From the NCBI GenBank assembly GCA_038087875.1, contig CM076001.1, positions 188,001 through 252,000 on the forward strand: a stretch of 64,000 bases of DNA, given 5' to 3'. This DNA is from Malacoraja senta (taxonomy: Eukaryota). Below, one piece after another: positions 12,413 to 25,688 of this stretch (positions within the stretch are counted from its first letter, which is position 1; each line of letters begins with the position of its first letter). The notes under the pieces were generated by a model. The model made no database searches, was not told where the DNA came from, and worked only from the letters and a program-made list of their open reading frames with translations. A program made the translations under genes and the position numbers.

Positions 12413-13957
12413 CTAAAGGCTCAGAATCAACAGTTTTCTCCTCGTGTTCTCTTTTGAAGAGATATCAGTATTTGCTTTATCTGTATGCTGTTCTTTCTGC
12501 ACTTGGTTGTAATTTTTCTCGCCAGTCGTCAGCGTTTTGGATGCGAACACGATTGGTTCTTCCTCGCCGTTCGGCGCCGTTTGTGAGATTACAGCTCCAT
12601 GACCATACGGCGATGCATCGGCGGCCAGCGAGATCGGCTTCGATGGGTCATAGTGGACCAAACGCGTCTTCTGGGCGAGAATCTCCTTCAACCTGGTGAA
12701 TGCATGGTCACACTCTTTGGACCAGTGCCATTCAACGTCCTGTTTTCATAGGTTATTCTCGCACTTGCTGACCATGTTGCAATCCGTGGTTGATGACAAT
12801 GCCATAGTTGATCCATCGTAGTTCAAGGCGTTCATGTCAAGCTTGAAAGCATGGATCCAGTCAATGGCGCACAGGGATGTACCTTCTTTACCAACGACAA
12901 TCAGCGGCAACATCAGTGTCATACCATTACAGGAAACGGCGACAATGCATTTGCCTTTCGTGGGAATGGGCTGTCGTCTGTATCCGAAAAGACGGATGTT
13001 GGCCGGTTTCAGTTTCGGCGATCCGATCCTCTCCCAGATGTCTTGACCCACTAGCGATACAGCTGCACTAGTGTCCACCTGGAACTGTAGATCAACGTTC
13101 GAGACCTGCAGTGAAATCCTCGTCTTGTCGGTGATCGTAGACACACCGAGCACTTCAATAGGAATGGTCTCCGCGATTTGGTCGACTGCGTTTTGCGCTT
13201 TCTTGTCCTTTCTCAGCTTTCCTACGGATTGACATACTGCCTGGAGATGACCTTTTCGTAAACAGGCATAACAAACGGACTTGATATACGGGCACTCACG
13301 GTGATGATGAGCAGTCGAGCTGCACCGGTAGCAGGGTTTCGATCCTCCCCCCACAGAGGGACGGCTCTTCTGAAACTGTCCCACCTTCTCCGGATTTGCT
13401 CTGGGTCGATCAACTGGTTTCTGGCATTGCGGACGAGTCTGACGAACTGTATGCAACCCCTGAGGGAGCTTTGACGCTGTTTCGCCGCCCATTTTGTGCA
13501 GTTCTTTACTCAGTAGCTCGGCCATCTTAGCACACTGCAGCACATTCTTCAATGAGGCGTCCGATTCCTTGAGAATCGCCTGCTGGATGAATGCGTGCCT
13601 GCAGATGCGAATGACCAGTCTATCCCGCAACGCATTGTCTTAGCACTTTTCGCAGCATTGAGTTTTAAAATCACATGCTTTTGCCTTGGTGCGAAGTTTG
13701 GCAAGAAATTCGGTGATCGATTGCAACGTCCTGTAGAAATCAAGGCGAGCTGCGAGGAAATTTCGACTTTCTTTGAAATGCAGCTGCAAAGCCGTTGTGA
13801 ATTCAGCATATGAGGCTTCAGTTACTTCTTCTGTAAGTAAACTTTGAAGCCATGCAAATGTTTCTGGAGACATCGACAAACACAAGAGAGTCTTCTTCCT
13901 CTGGTCAGTCGTGATTGCCATACTTTCAAAATAAAACTCAGCTCGCATGACGACCAC
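12413..13957 (-). pseudogene. Gypsy gag (two zinc knuckles), protease and RNase H remnant; RT core and integrase deleted
   Basis: CYRCSSTAHHHREC, CYACLRKGHLQAVC, FQVDTSAAVSLV and AADASPYGHGAVI..FASKTLT. Confidence 0.88.
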
Positions 13958-14101
13958 CTTTCTCGCTCGGGATCAAAACTATTGAATTGCTGAGACATGT
14001 TAGTTTGAGTTCACTACAGCACTCAAAAAAAATATATTTAAAAAAATTAAAAAATATGCTCTTATCTGGGTCTTTGGACGCAATCCGAAGAATCCCACTT
14101 C

Positions 14102-14383
14102 TTTTTTTTTTTTCTTTTTTTTTGTGATATAAATTTTTATTAGAAGCAAACATATTACAATGTAGAGTAACATATTATAATAGAAGAAAAAACTTTTCAT
14201 ATACATCAATCACTCATACATTATTAAATTTGTCAATTGTCAGTTAATTCTGCTTCTAGTGTTTTTTTTTATATAGATAGAAAAAGAAAAATATAGAGAA
14301 AGAAGAAAGAAGAGAGAGAAAGAAGAATTACAATATCAAAAAAGAAAAAGAGGTGGAATGAATAACTTATAATACGTCATAGG
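14102..14383 (-). mobile_element. L1 3' UTR fragment inserted in PBS
   Basis: Poly-T tail, homologous to 61060-61305, 13-bp TSD AGAATCCCACTTC (14089-14101 / 14384-14396). Confidence 0.88.
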
Positions 14384-14384
14384 A

Positions 14385-14404
14385 GAATCCCACTTCTGAC
14401 ACCA
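14385..14404 (-). promoter_or_regulatory. Primer binding site complementary to tRNA-Leu(CAA) 3' end
   Basis: Plus strand GAATCCCACTTCTGACACCA equals the vertebrate tRNA-Leu(CAA) 3' end including CCA and lies beside the 5' LTR. Confidence 0.85.
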
Positions 14405-15433
14405 CTTTCGTGTTCGTCTTCTAGGTCTGCACAGGTACTTGAGAGTCTTCAAGGTACAACAGAAGACTTTATTACATTACTTCAATGCTGGCAGCAAGAC
14501 AATTCAAAATGGCTGCAACTCACTGTTCACAGACAGGATAACAACATCTCCCTTTGTCCTGTGCAGCGCCACCTACTGCACGGGAGGAGAAACTAGTCCT
14601 CCCACCCTACACAGTCCACCAAACATCACAACTTCCTTCGTCACTTTGTGTTTTGCTCAAGATTTCAGCATCTGAAATCTCGTGTGTCTCAAGATTGTTG
14701 CCTCTTCTGTTTGATTGGCACTGGGAAATGGATGATATGAAAGTTCCAAATATATCTCAAGTTTGTATCTTGGTTGTTCCTAGGCTGCGGACTGTGCTGC
14801 AACTCGACTCATGACAACTAATACGTAAACATTAATTCCCGTTAATTCCCGTCAGTCCTTCTGTCTTTCTGGCCACTGGATCAAATTTTTGCTCGGTGGA
14901 ACCCCTGCGAAAGCCATGCAATGACCAAATCCTGTTAAAGAAAACCATGTACAGGCAAAAATATTAAGTTTGTGCCTTGGAACATCAGGATTCTCATGGC
15001 TAATCCCCCAGCCACAAATCTGAATGCCAACCTGCTGTCTGAGCTCGGGTACTCAGGTACTATACATCAGTATTGTCGCGGATCCTTACCTTAAACTCTG
15101 ACCCTGGAGTACACAAAGGCCAAGCTTCAGCAGTGGAAACAATGTCACCCACCCACTTTGCTGCCATTCACCATCTGTCCCATATGCAGAAGAGACTGCA
15201 GTCCCATTTAACCAACTCTGCAGTGCAGGCAGCTCTGTCCCAAGCGACTGACCAAGAAAAACTGAGAACAAACGCTGTTGACTGTTGCTTCAGTTATTAT
15301 TATTCTTTAAGTTCCAGGTAGATGGATGTTTTAATCCTACTGTAAAGCACTAAACAGGCACACTTGTCATTTATAACCAGAGGAAGAGACTTGAGAACCT
15401 CAAGGCACCTGAAGCAATTGCAATCCAAATAAG

Positions 15434-15583
15434 TGTTAAAGAAGGAACTGCAGATGCTGGAAAATCGAAGGTACACAAAAATGCTGGAGAAACTCAGCGG
15501 GTTTCGGCCCGAAACGTTACCTATTTCCTTCGCTCCATAGATGCTGCTGCACCCGCTGAGTTTCTCCAGCATTTTTGTGTACC
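15434..15583. repeat. Partially inverted Penelope-like hammerhead repeat
   Basis: 15-bp TSD TGCAATCCAAATAAG on both sides. Contains GGGTTTCGGCCCGAAACGTT. Confidence 0.8.
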
Positions 15584-15679
15584 TGCAATCCAAATAAGGT
15601 TGTGGCTAACTTATTATCAGTCCATGCACCTTAATGCTTTTTAAAACATCTTCTAAGTTAAGTTGATTCCTCAATCAAA

Positions 15680-17060
15680 GATGCTGGTGACAAATATTAA
15701 AGATGTAATAGTGGCGCATTTGGATAGCAGTAACAGGATCGGTCCAAGTCAGCATGGATTTACGAAGGGGAAATCTTGCTTGACTAATCTTCTGGAATTT
15801 TTTGAGGATGTAACAAGTAAAATGGATAAGGGAGAGCCACTGGATGTAGTGTACCTGGACTTTCGGAACGCATTTGATAAGGTCCCACACAGGAGGTTAA
15901 TGGGCAAAATTCAAGCACATGGTATTGGGGGTAGGGTATTGACATGGATAGAAAATGAGTTGGCAGACAGGAAATAAAGAATAGGAATTAACGTTTCCCT
16001 TGCAGAAATGCAGGTAGTGACTAGTGGGGTGCCGCAAGGCTCGGTGCTGGGACCACAGCTATTCACAATATTTTTTTTAATGATTTAGATGAATGAATTA
16101 AAAGTAACATTAGCAAATTTGCAGATGACACAAAGTTGGGTGGCAATGTGAACTGTGAAGAGGATGCTATGAGGATGCAGGGTGACTTGGATAGGTTGGG
16201 TGGGTGGGCAGATGCATGGCAGATGCAGTATACTATGTATAAATGTGAGGTTGTCCACTTTGGTGGCAAGAAAAAGAAGGCAGATTATTATCTGAATGGT
16301 GTCAGATTAGGAAAAGGGGAAGTGTAACAAGACCTAGGTGTCCTTGTACATCAGTCACTGAAAGTAAGCATGCAGGTACAGCAGGCAGTGAAGAAAGCTA
16401 ATGGCATGCTGGCCTTCATAATGAGAGGATTTGAGTATAGGAGCAAAGAGGTCCTTCTGCAGTTGTACAGGGCCCTGGTGAGACCACACCTGGAGTATTC
16501 TGTGCAGTTTTGGTTTCCTAATTTGAGGAAGGACATTCTTGCTATTGAGGGAGTACAGCGTAGGTTCACAATGGTTAATTCCCAGGATGGCAGGATTGTC
16601 ATATGATGAAAGAATGGAATGACTGGGCTTGTATGCACTGGAATTTAGAAGGATGAGAGATGATCTTATGGAAACATATGAAATTATTAAGGGATTGGAC
16701 ACGCTAGATGCAGGAAGCATGTTCACAATGTTGGGGGAATCCAGAACCAGGGGCCACAGTTTAATAATAAGGGGTAGGCCATTTAGTACTGAGATGAGGA
16801 AAATCTTTTTCACCCAAAGAGTTGTGAATTTGTAGAATTCTCTGCCTCAGAAAGCAGTGGAGGCTGACTCACTAAATGCATTCAAAAGAGAGTTAGATAG
16901 AGCTCTTAGGGCTAACAGAATCAAGGGATATAGGGAGAAGGCAGGAACGGGGTACTGATTGTGGATGATCAGCCTTGATCACATTGAATGGCAGTGCTGT
17001 CTCGAAGGGCCAAATGGCTTACTCCTGCACCTATTTTCTATGTATCTATGTATCTATGTA
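15680..17060 (+). mobile_element. CR1 LINE 3' half, decayed
   Basis: QHGFTKGKSCLTNLLEFF, GVPQGSVLGP and KFADDTK motifs, (TATC/TATG) tail. Confidence 0.9.
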
Positions 17061-17144
17061 TCACCATAAGTAGATTGCCAACGATTCATTCGCAACTCAT
17101 TACAATTCAAGCAAGAACTGATTGTCCTTCCATCACTAGACTGT

Positions 17145-18110
17145 AAGTGGGGTTCGCTAGGGTCGGTGCTGGGGCCGCTTCTCTTCACGTTGTATATTAA
17201 TGATTTGGATAAGGGGATTGAAGGCTTTGTGAACAAGTTAGCAGATGATGCTATGATAGGTGGAGGGGCAGGCAGTGTAGAGGAAGCAAGGACTCTGCAG
17301 AAGGTCTTGTACAGATAAGGAGAGTGGACAGAGAAGTGGCTGATGAAATCCAGTGTAGCAAAGTGCAGAGTCATGCATTTTGGTAATAAGAATAAAGGCG
17401 TAGATTCTTTTCTAAATGGAGAGAGAATCCTGAAATCGGAAGTGCAAAGGGACTTGGGAGAGTTTGTGCAGGACTCCCAAAAGTTAATTTGCAAGTTGAA
17501 TCGGTAGTAAGGAAGGCAAATTCAATGCTACCATTTATATTAAGAGGACTAGAATGCAAAATCAGAGATGAAATGCTCAGGCTCTATCAGGCGTTGGTCA
17601 CGCCATATTTGGAGTGCTATGAGCAAATTTGGGCCCCATATTTGAGGAAGGATGTGCTGGCTCTAGAGACAGTCCAGAAGAGGTTTACAAGAATGACTCC
17701 TGGAATGAGTGAGCGTTTGACAGCACTGGAGTTTAGAAGGTTGAGGAGGGCCTCATTGAAACTTACAGTATAATGAAAGCTATATATAGAGTGGATGTGG
17801 AAAGGATGTTAGGACCAGAGGTCATAGACTCAGAATTAAAGAGCGCTCTTTTAGAAAGGTGAGGAGGAACTTTCTTAATCAGAGGGTAGTTATTCTGTGT
17901 AACTCATTGCCACAGACGGTTGGGGAGGCCGTCAGTGGATATTTTTAAAGCAGGGATAGACAAATTCTAGATTTGAAAGCGTATCAAGTGTTATGGGGAG
18001 AAGGCAGGAAAATGGTATTAGAGGCAGAGATCAGCCATGATTGAATGGCAAAGTAGATTCGATGGGCCGAATGCTGTAATTCTACTCCTATACTGTAACT
18101 TGTGAACTTG
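17145..18110 (+). mobile_element. CR1 LINE 3' fragment (same subfamily as the 983-8822 copy)
   Basis: Homologous to 1250-1458 plus 8051-8822. Confidence 0.88.
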
Positions 18111-18152
18111 TATTTCTAAACACATCTCTTTTGTAGTGACAGTGTAGTCACA

Positions 18153-18485
18153 ATGGCGCAGCGGGCGGTCATGGTGCACAGCGGTAGAGTTGCTGCCTTA
18201 CAGCGAATGCAGATCTGGAGACCCGGGTTCGATCCCGACTACGGGTGTTGTCTATACGGAGTTTGTACTTTCTCTCTGTGACCACGTGGGTTTTCTCCGA
18301 GATCTTTGGTTTCCTCCCACACTCCAAACACGTACAGGTTTGTAGGTTAAATTGGCTTGTAAATGTAAAAATTGTCCCTAGTGTGTGTAGGATAGTGTTA
18401 ATGTGCAGGGATCTCTGGTCTGCGATGACCCGGTGGGCCGAAGGGCCTGTTTCCACACGGTATCTCTAAACTAACTAAACTAAAT
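18153..18485 (+). mobile_element. HE1-like V-SINE
   Basis: tRNA-derived head (TGGCGCAGCGG A-box, GGTTCGATCC B-box), V-domain (GGAGTTTGTAC..GTTTCCTCCCACACTCCAAA), CR1-like 3' end and (CTAAA)n tail. Confidence 0.85.
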
Positions 18486-18998
18486 GTCTCACATTGCCAC
18501 CTATCAGAAATCTACTGTGAACTTAGACCCTTCTGTATGGATGAAAGCAACCTTTGCTTCACAATCCTGTTACAGAGCAATTAGTGTGGAACCATTGGCA
18601 CATCTGTAATACATCAGGGGCAGATGTCTTTATGATTTCCCTGACAACACAGCGTACGTGAGTTGACAGAGAAAGGTGAACTCCAAAGCTGGAAAGTCAA
18701 TCATGAAGGGGCAGCTGCTGACTCGATAAGACAAAAAACGATCCAAATAGAGCTCTGTTTGAAAGGCCAGGTTTTTAGTAAAACATGAAACACAGTCGGC
18801 ACAAAGTCATCAACATGAATATAATCATTGATATTATCATCAAATCATCCATGATTGTTTTATAAAATGCCCCTTCATTGAGGAACATTTTATACATGTT
18901 GCCTGGGATGTCAAAGTCATCCTTCAAACCAAAAGGCATCTTAGATCAAGCCTGAAAGCTGCAGTGGCAATGTTTCAAAATAAATCGGTGTGACTGCT

Positions 18999-19112
18999 GG
19001 TCTGAAGAAAGATCTCAACCCGAAACATCACCCAATCCTTCCCTTCAGAGATGCTGCTCCAGCATTTTGTGTCTATCTTCGGTATAAACAAGCTTCTGCA
19101 GTTCCTTCCTAC
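18999..19112 (+). repeat. Penelope-like hammerhead repeat (degenerate)
   Basis: GTCTGAAGAAAGATCTCAACCCGAAACATCACC..CAGCATTTTGTGTC..CTGCAGTTCCTTCCTAC. Confidence 0.75.
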
Positions 19113-19779
19113 ACTGTTGAATGGGTCCTGCGATTACATTTTAGAGTGGAAATCAATGGTGATGTGTCTGTTATGGTAGCTTTGGAGTTAAATTACTGGA
19201 GAATTTAAATTTGAGTAATTAATTAAAATAACTAGTTTCAATAATGGTACCCATAATTCCCATCAAATTCTCTAGGGGAATCATGTCACCTTTCCCCCAG
19301 TCTGGCCAATCCCTGATCCCCAACAACAACAATGAGACTTTGAATCACATCCTTGTGGGTGATAAATGTTGCAACATCTTCTAGAACTGCACCAGCAGCC
19401 CTTCTGAAGTTATTCCTGCAGTGCAGATGGGTGGGGAATTGCAGTAATGAAGGAAAGGGCATACATGTTCATATTGAGATGAGAGGTAATCATATTGCAG
19501 GGTAACTGTTCGATTGACAGAGTGAATGCATTTCAGTGTCGGAACAGCAGCGGAGATTTCAAAAGGTAGCCTTTGGAATGGCTAATGGAGCAGCCAATAA
19601 AAAGAGGAAACGATGTATTGGGGTGAGCTGCTGGGAGGGGCCATGTTGGGGGAGGGACTAGTATGCCTGTTTGAAGATGGGTCTCAACCCAAAACATCAC
19701 TCGGGACCTACCTGAGGCGATTGCGAATTGAACTGCTGCCTGCTGCGAGTGATGTCATCAGGCGCGCGACTTTACCGGT

Positions 19780-20846
19780 ATGTCGATACAACATACCCCC
19801 CCCAGGGTGACAAAAAAAGCCGGTAAAGCGAGACAACCGATGGAAGAGGTAGGCCCAACCGAGGCCTCGGCCTCAGGTACAACGATGCTCCAGGAAGACC
19901 CATCGGAGAAACCAAAGCAAAAAAAATCTGAAATGGAAGAACCTAAAAACTTTATCTCCAATGAGATAAAAAATATTCAAACACAGCTGAAAACCTTTGA
20001 AGGAAAGCTGAATTTTAAAGAGGAACTTAAAGAGGAACTTAACTCTTTTAAGGTAGATTTTAAAGCAGAAATGCTCTCTACCGTTCAGGATATATTGGAA
20101 ACCTGGAAGAGGTCGAGGGACGACGAGGTCAAAGATCAGATGGAAGAGGTGGAAGGCAGGATCGCTTTGGTGGAATCAAGCCTTAAGGGAGAGATTGACC
20201 CTATCCTTCAGACACTGAAGCAACATATTATAGCGATAACTGAACTTGAGAAATGTGTGGCGACAAGTGCGGAACCTGTAAATCGACTCCTTACCGAAAA
20301 TCAACGCCTCTCCGAAATGGTGACTATATTAAGTGGAAAGTGTATCGACCTGGAGGGGCGTCAAAGACGCCAGAACTTAAGAATTGTAGGTGTGAAAGAA
20401 GGAAATGAGAGGGATATGGGCACTCGGGATTTTGTGGCAGATCTACTACAAAAAGCCTTAAAGTTGGATCAAAAACCTGTACTTGGTCGAGCACATAGAG
20501 CGCAGGGGCGTCGTACACGAGATGATGCCTACCCAAGACAAATTATAGTAAAGGTGCAACTTGATCATGAATTTGAATGATAATGAAGAAAATTGCCCGT
20601 ACCAGAGACCTCTCTTTTGAAGGAGTGAGGATCAGTATCTACAGAGACTACCCGGTGGAGGTCTTCAAGAAAAGAGCGCTGTTTACTGAGACAAAAAGAA
20701 TACTGAAGAATATAGCGAATTTGAGATACGGCTTGCTTTATCACGCAACATTAAGAGTCACCTACATGAGCAAGGAGCAATTTTTTACAGACCATGAAAA
20801 AGCACTGGAATTCGCCAAAGGCATCGGGAATGTGACCGCAGACTGA
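19780..20846 (+). pseudogene. L1 ORF1p (Transposase_22-like), one frameshift ~20577
   Basis: Coiled coil, DLEGRQRRQNLRIVGVKEG, RAHR, PRQIIVK, ISIYRDYP, YGLLYHATLRVTY. Confidence 0.9.
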
Positions 20847-21874
20847 ACAATATACATCACTCCTCAGGAGTCAAGGAATAACGGGACCTCGCCAGGTCTA
20901 AAAGGATCTTTAAAGTACTTTTAAGAGCTTTAAGGACGTTTGAAAATTGAAATGGACATTGGAGAAAACCTGTTTTTTTTTGATTCTCGGGTTGTTTTTT
21001 TTATTTTTTAATTTCTCCTAATATCTCTAATTTTCTTTTTATTATTCATTCTTCGCGTTTAGTATAAATTCTAAGAACAATAATATCACAGTTATGATCA
21101 ATTGTTACTAATCACTATTATTATTTAGTATTTTCATATTTAACCATACATGTAACTACTAACACTTATTAAATATCATTATTACTATTAAAATTACTAA
21201 ATCTATATTATTCATACATATTTTTACCGTGTATGAATAATAACAATGATTAATAACAGTTTCTGGTTAACGTAGAAATAGATTACATACATATATTCCA
21301 TAGGAATATAAGTAAGAGGTAATTTAGCCCATGTGTTAATAAGGGTTGATGGTTTACCTCTTTATTTTTCAATTAAAAATTAAAAATACATACTTAAAGA
21401 AGATATTAATATGGTATTTAGAGAATAATAACGTTGTTAACTTTTACTGTTGTTTACCTTTTTTGGGTTTTTGAAAAGAAAACAAAAATTTTGCAACTCC
21501 CAAAGAAATTATTTGATTGTTAGAAATATCATCTTTTTTTTAAAAAAAATTTAGCGCGGAGCTAGGATTTTTTTCTTTTACAAAGGCTACGGAAGTCTTT
21601 AGAATTCTAGCCATGCTAGTGTGGCTAACTCTAACTACACTAATTGTAGTTGTAGTTTTTTTTCTTTCACCCTATACTAATCAACTATATCACTTTTTTT
21701 CACTTTAATTATTGTTATAATTTTAAGTTTGAATGGAACTACAAGGTTAATTCAAGGAGATGTGTTCGGAGGAGCGAAGTATGTTATTTAAAATTCATCT
21801 ATCTGAGGTTCGGGGACAAGGTCAGGTTTTATGTGTTGTACCTTCTGCTCGGCTATAGACCACCCTAGAAACAA

Positions 21875-24800
21875 TATGCAAGATGGTAATATGACAAGAG
21901 GGGGTGAAGGAATAACGTTTTGTAGTTGGAATGTTAAGGGAATTAATGAACCAATTAAGAGAGGTAAAGTTTTAACACATTTAAATTCACTCAAGACAGA
22001 TATAATATTCCTCCAAGAAACACACCTTAAAAAGGAATCACAATATAGACTTAAAGCTAAGTGGATTGCTGAATCGTATCATGCCTCTTTTTCACACGTC
22101 CAGAGGAGTTGCAATATTAATTCGTAAAGGAATACCTTTTACACATTCACCAACAATAGCGGATATAGATGGTAGATATATTATATTAGTTGGAGAGTTA
22201 AATGGGATAAAAGTGATTCTTCTTAATGTATATGGACCTAATTTTGATAACCCTATGTTTTTTAATAAAATATTTAATATAATCCCAGAATTTACACAAT
22301 ATAAATTAATAATTGGAGGAGATTTCAATTGTACATTAGACTCTTATTTGGATAGATCATCAAGGCAAAAAAAAGTAAAATCTCAATCAAGTGTATTTTT
22401 AAACTCATTTATTAATACCACTAATATTAAGGATGTCTGGAGAATTGAAAACCCAACTGTACGGGAATACTCATTTTACTCACCGGTACATAAAACATAC
22501 TCAAGAATAGATTATTTTTTAGTCGACTCCACGTTTATCCCATTTACTTATAACTCAAAATACCATAATATTATAATCTCAGACCACGTACCGGTAACAT
22601 TTATAATTAAATTAAATGGAATGTCTGAGAAACAAACATATTGGAGATTTAACCCACAAATATTGAATGAAAGATCATGTCAGGAATATCTTATTAAATA
22701 GATGCAAACATTTTTCGAGGCAAATGACAACCCTGACACATCTGTCTCTCTTATATGGGAAACATTTAAAGCGTTTGTCCGAGGCGCATTAATTTCTGCC
22801 CAAGTATTTTATAACAAAGAGAACTGGATTAAACAACAAACACTGGAAAGGGAAATAAAGCAACTAGATATTGAAAATGCGAGAATGCCATCTATGTTAA
22901 AACATAACAAAATTGCTGTACTGAAATGTAAAGTAAACAAAATGTATTCAGAACAAGTAATAAAACTTTATCAACATACTAAACAATTACATTTTGAGTT
23001 TGGAGACAAACCACAAAAACTATTAGCACGTCAGCTACGAAAAATGGAGGGGGAAAAAGTAATTCATAAAATTAGAGCAGATACAGGAGAATTATTAAAA
23101 TTGCCCAAGGATATAAACGAGAGATTTCTCCAATACTATCATAATCTTTACTCAACTAAAACTGTAGTACAACCAGAAGGAATAGCAGATTTTTTACAAA
23201 AATGTAATTTAAAAGGTTTAGATTCAAAAGATAGAGAATTATTAGAAGCGGAGATTACGATAAAAGATATTGAAGAGTCTATTGGATCTTTAAAAAATGG
23301 TAAAGCAGTAGGACCAGATGGTTTAGGTTCTGAATTCTATAAAAAAAATTATGATTTGCTTTCTCCACGTTTACAAATGCTGTGTGAACATATTTATACT
23401 CAACAGAAACTTCCAGATACCTTAAATGAATCTATAATAACACTTATTCCTAAAGCTGATAAGGATCCGGAAGATCCAGGATCATATAGAGCAATTGCAC
23501 TTTTAAATACAGATCAGAAAATACTAAGAAAAATTTTAGCGCAGAGATTAAGTACAGTGATGAATAAACAAATACACCCTGACCAAACAGGTTTTATTCA
23601 GAAGCGGTATTCATATTACAATCTAAGAAGATTATTTAATATAATATATTCAAAGAGAAATATTAATGAAGATCTAGCAATAATCTCACTCGATGCTGAA
23701 AAAGCTTTTGATCAGGTGGAATGGCCCTATTTATTTTCGGTGATGGAAAAATTGCAGCTGGACGAGAAATTTTGTGCATGGATAAAACTGTTATATACAA
23801 ACCCTACGGCTAGAATATTAACAAACCAAAGGTTATCATCTAAATTTAACCTATCTAGAGGTTGTAGACAAGGATGCCCGTTGTCTCCATTATTATTTGC
23901 GCTTGTTATAGAGCCACTCGCAGAAAGAGTCAGGACCCATCCGGAAATATATGGGTATAACACAAAGGATACAGTGAATAAAATTTCTTTATACGCAGAT
24001 GATGTATTAATTTACATTACAAAACCAGAAATTAGTATTCCAAATTTATTAAAGCTAATAACCCAATTTGGCTCACTCTCAGGATACAGAATAAATTGGA
24101 ATAAAAGTGAAATTATGCCAATAAGGGAACATAATAAACATATAATACAACAATTTCCCTTTAAAATAGTAAATGAAAAATTTAAATACCTAGGCATTTA
24201 TGTTACTAAGACATATACATCATTATTTAAAGCAAACTTTCCCCCATTACTGAATAAACTACATAAGAATATTCAGTATTGGAAAACACTTCCTATCTCA
24301 ATGGTTGGCAAAATTAATGCCATAAAAATGATTTTGTTACCGCAAATATTATACCTTTTTCAAACAATTCCGATATACTTGTCAAAAAACGTTTATAAAA
24401 TGTTAGATTCCATTGTCAGTGACTTTATCTGGGATTATAAGAATCATAGGATAAGCAAAAACATCTGTGCAAATCAAAAATAAATGGAGGTTTGGTTTTA
24501 CCAAACTTTTTGTTTCATTTTTGGGCAGTTAACATTAAAAATATGAATTTTTGGTTGGAAGAAATAGATCAACAACCAGATTGGTTAAAAATGGAAAAGG
24601 AAGATTGCTCACCTTTTGAAATCGGCTCGATACTATTTGCTACTTCTAAATTAAATAAAAAAATGTATAGGGAAAATCCTATAATATATAGTACTATGCG
24701 AATTTGGAAACAATTAAAAAAGACATTAAAACTAGATAATTTATCACTTTTTCTTCCAATTGCGAATAACCGTTTGTTTAAGCCCTCATGGTTGGACAAA

Positions 24801-25688
24801 GGTTTCACACAATGGAAAAACTATGGAATTAAAAAGATGGGACAACTTTATAAGGAAGGCACTTTTCTTTCATTTCAGGAGTTGCAACAGACTTATGGAC
24901 TTCAAGTAAATGATTTTTTCAGATATCTTCAACTTAGAGATTACGTAAAAGCAAATACTCGAAATTTTAGAATTAGAAATTCAGAAATTTTTTACGACTG
25001 TTGGAATAAACATCCTAATACAGAAAAACTAATATCTTATATATATAATATTTTATTAGACAGTGATATTCCATTGACGGACTTACACAGACAAACTTGG
25101 GAAAAAGAACTAAATCAAATAAGAACGAAAGATACTTGGGAAGAAGGTTTACAACACATACATCAATGTTCATTAAATGCCAGACATTCTCTAATACAAT
25201 TCAAAGTAATACATAGGTTACATTATTCTAAAACAAAATTAAATAAAATCTTCCAACATATCTCACCAATATGTGATAAATGTCAACATTTAGAAGCAAA
25301 CTTATCTCATATGTTTGCAAGTTGCATAAAAATTAAAAATTTCTGGGTACATATTTTCACAATAATATCTAAAGTGACTAGCATTCAATTGGACCCAGAT
25401 CCAAAATTAATAATACTTGGAACATTAGAACTAAATCAAACATTTACATCAACTCAAAGAAACTCTATTGATTATAGTATAATAACTGGGAAAAAATTAA
25501 TTCTAAAATTTTGGAAAGGCCCTATAACCCCCACAATTAAAATGTGGATTATAGAAATGACGGAGACCTTACACTTGGAAAGAATTAGACTTGTCCTGTT
25601 GGACAAACAGGAACTATTAGTCGGAACATGGTCTCCCTTTATTGACTATTTAAAGGGTCAGAATGGTTCAGCACAAGAACCTGACTAA
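21875..25688 (+). pseudogene. L1 ORF2p (APE endonuclease, RT, CCHC) with about 3 disruptions
   Basis: SWNVKG, FLQETH, GGDFN, SRIDYF, SDH, DAEKAFD, RQGCPLSPLLF, LYADD, CDKC..HMFASC. Breaks near 22095, 22700 and 24470. Confidence 0.93.

Larger units (their letters stand above)
11183..14630 (-). mobile_element. Ty3/Gypsy (Mag-like) LTR retrotransposon, internally deleted, with nested CR1 and L1
   Basis: LTRs 11183-12325 (split by CR1) and 14406-14630, TSD ACTTC (11178-11182 / 14631-14635), PPT AAAGGGGGAA (12326-12335 rc), tRNA-Leu PBS. Confidence 0.9.

Noticed and set aside
14385..14404. tRNA-Leu gene
   Set aside because: Only the 3' 20 nt including CCA, adjacent to an LTR, so it is a PBS.
18153..18245. 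tRNA genes at SINE heads
   Set aside because: The A/B boxes belong to HE1-like SINEs and are followed by the V-domain. No full cloverleaf is evident.
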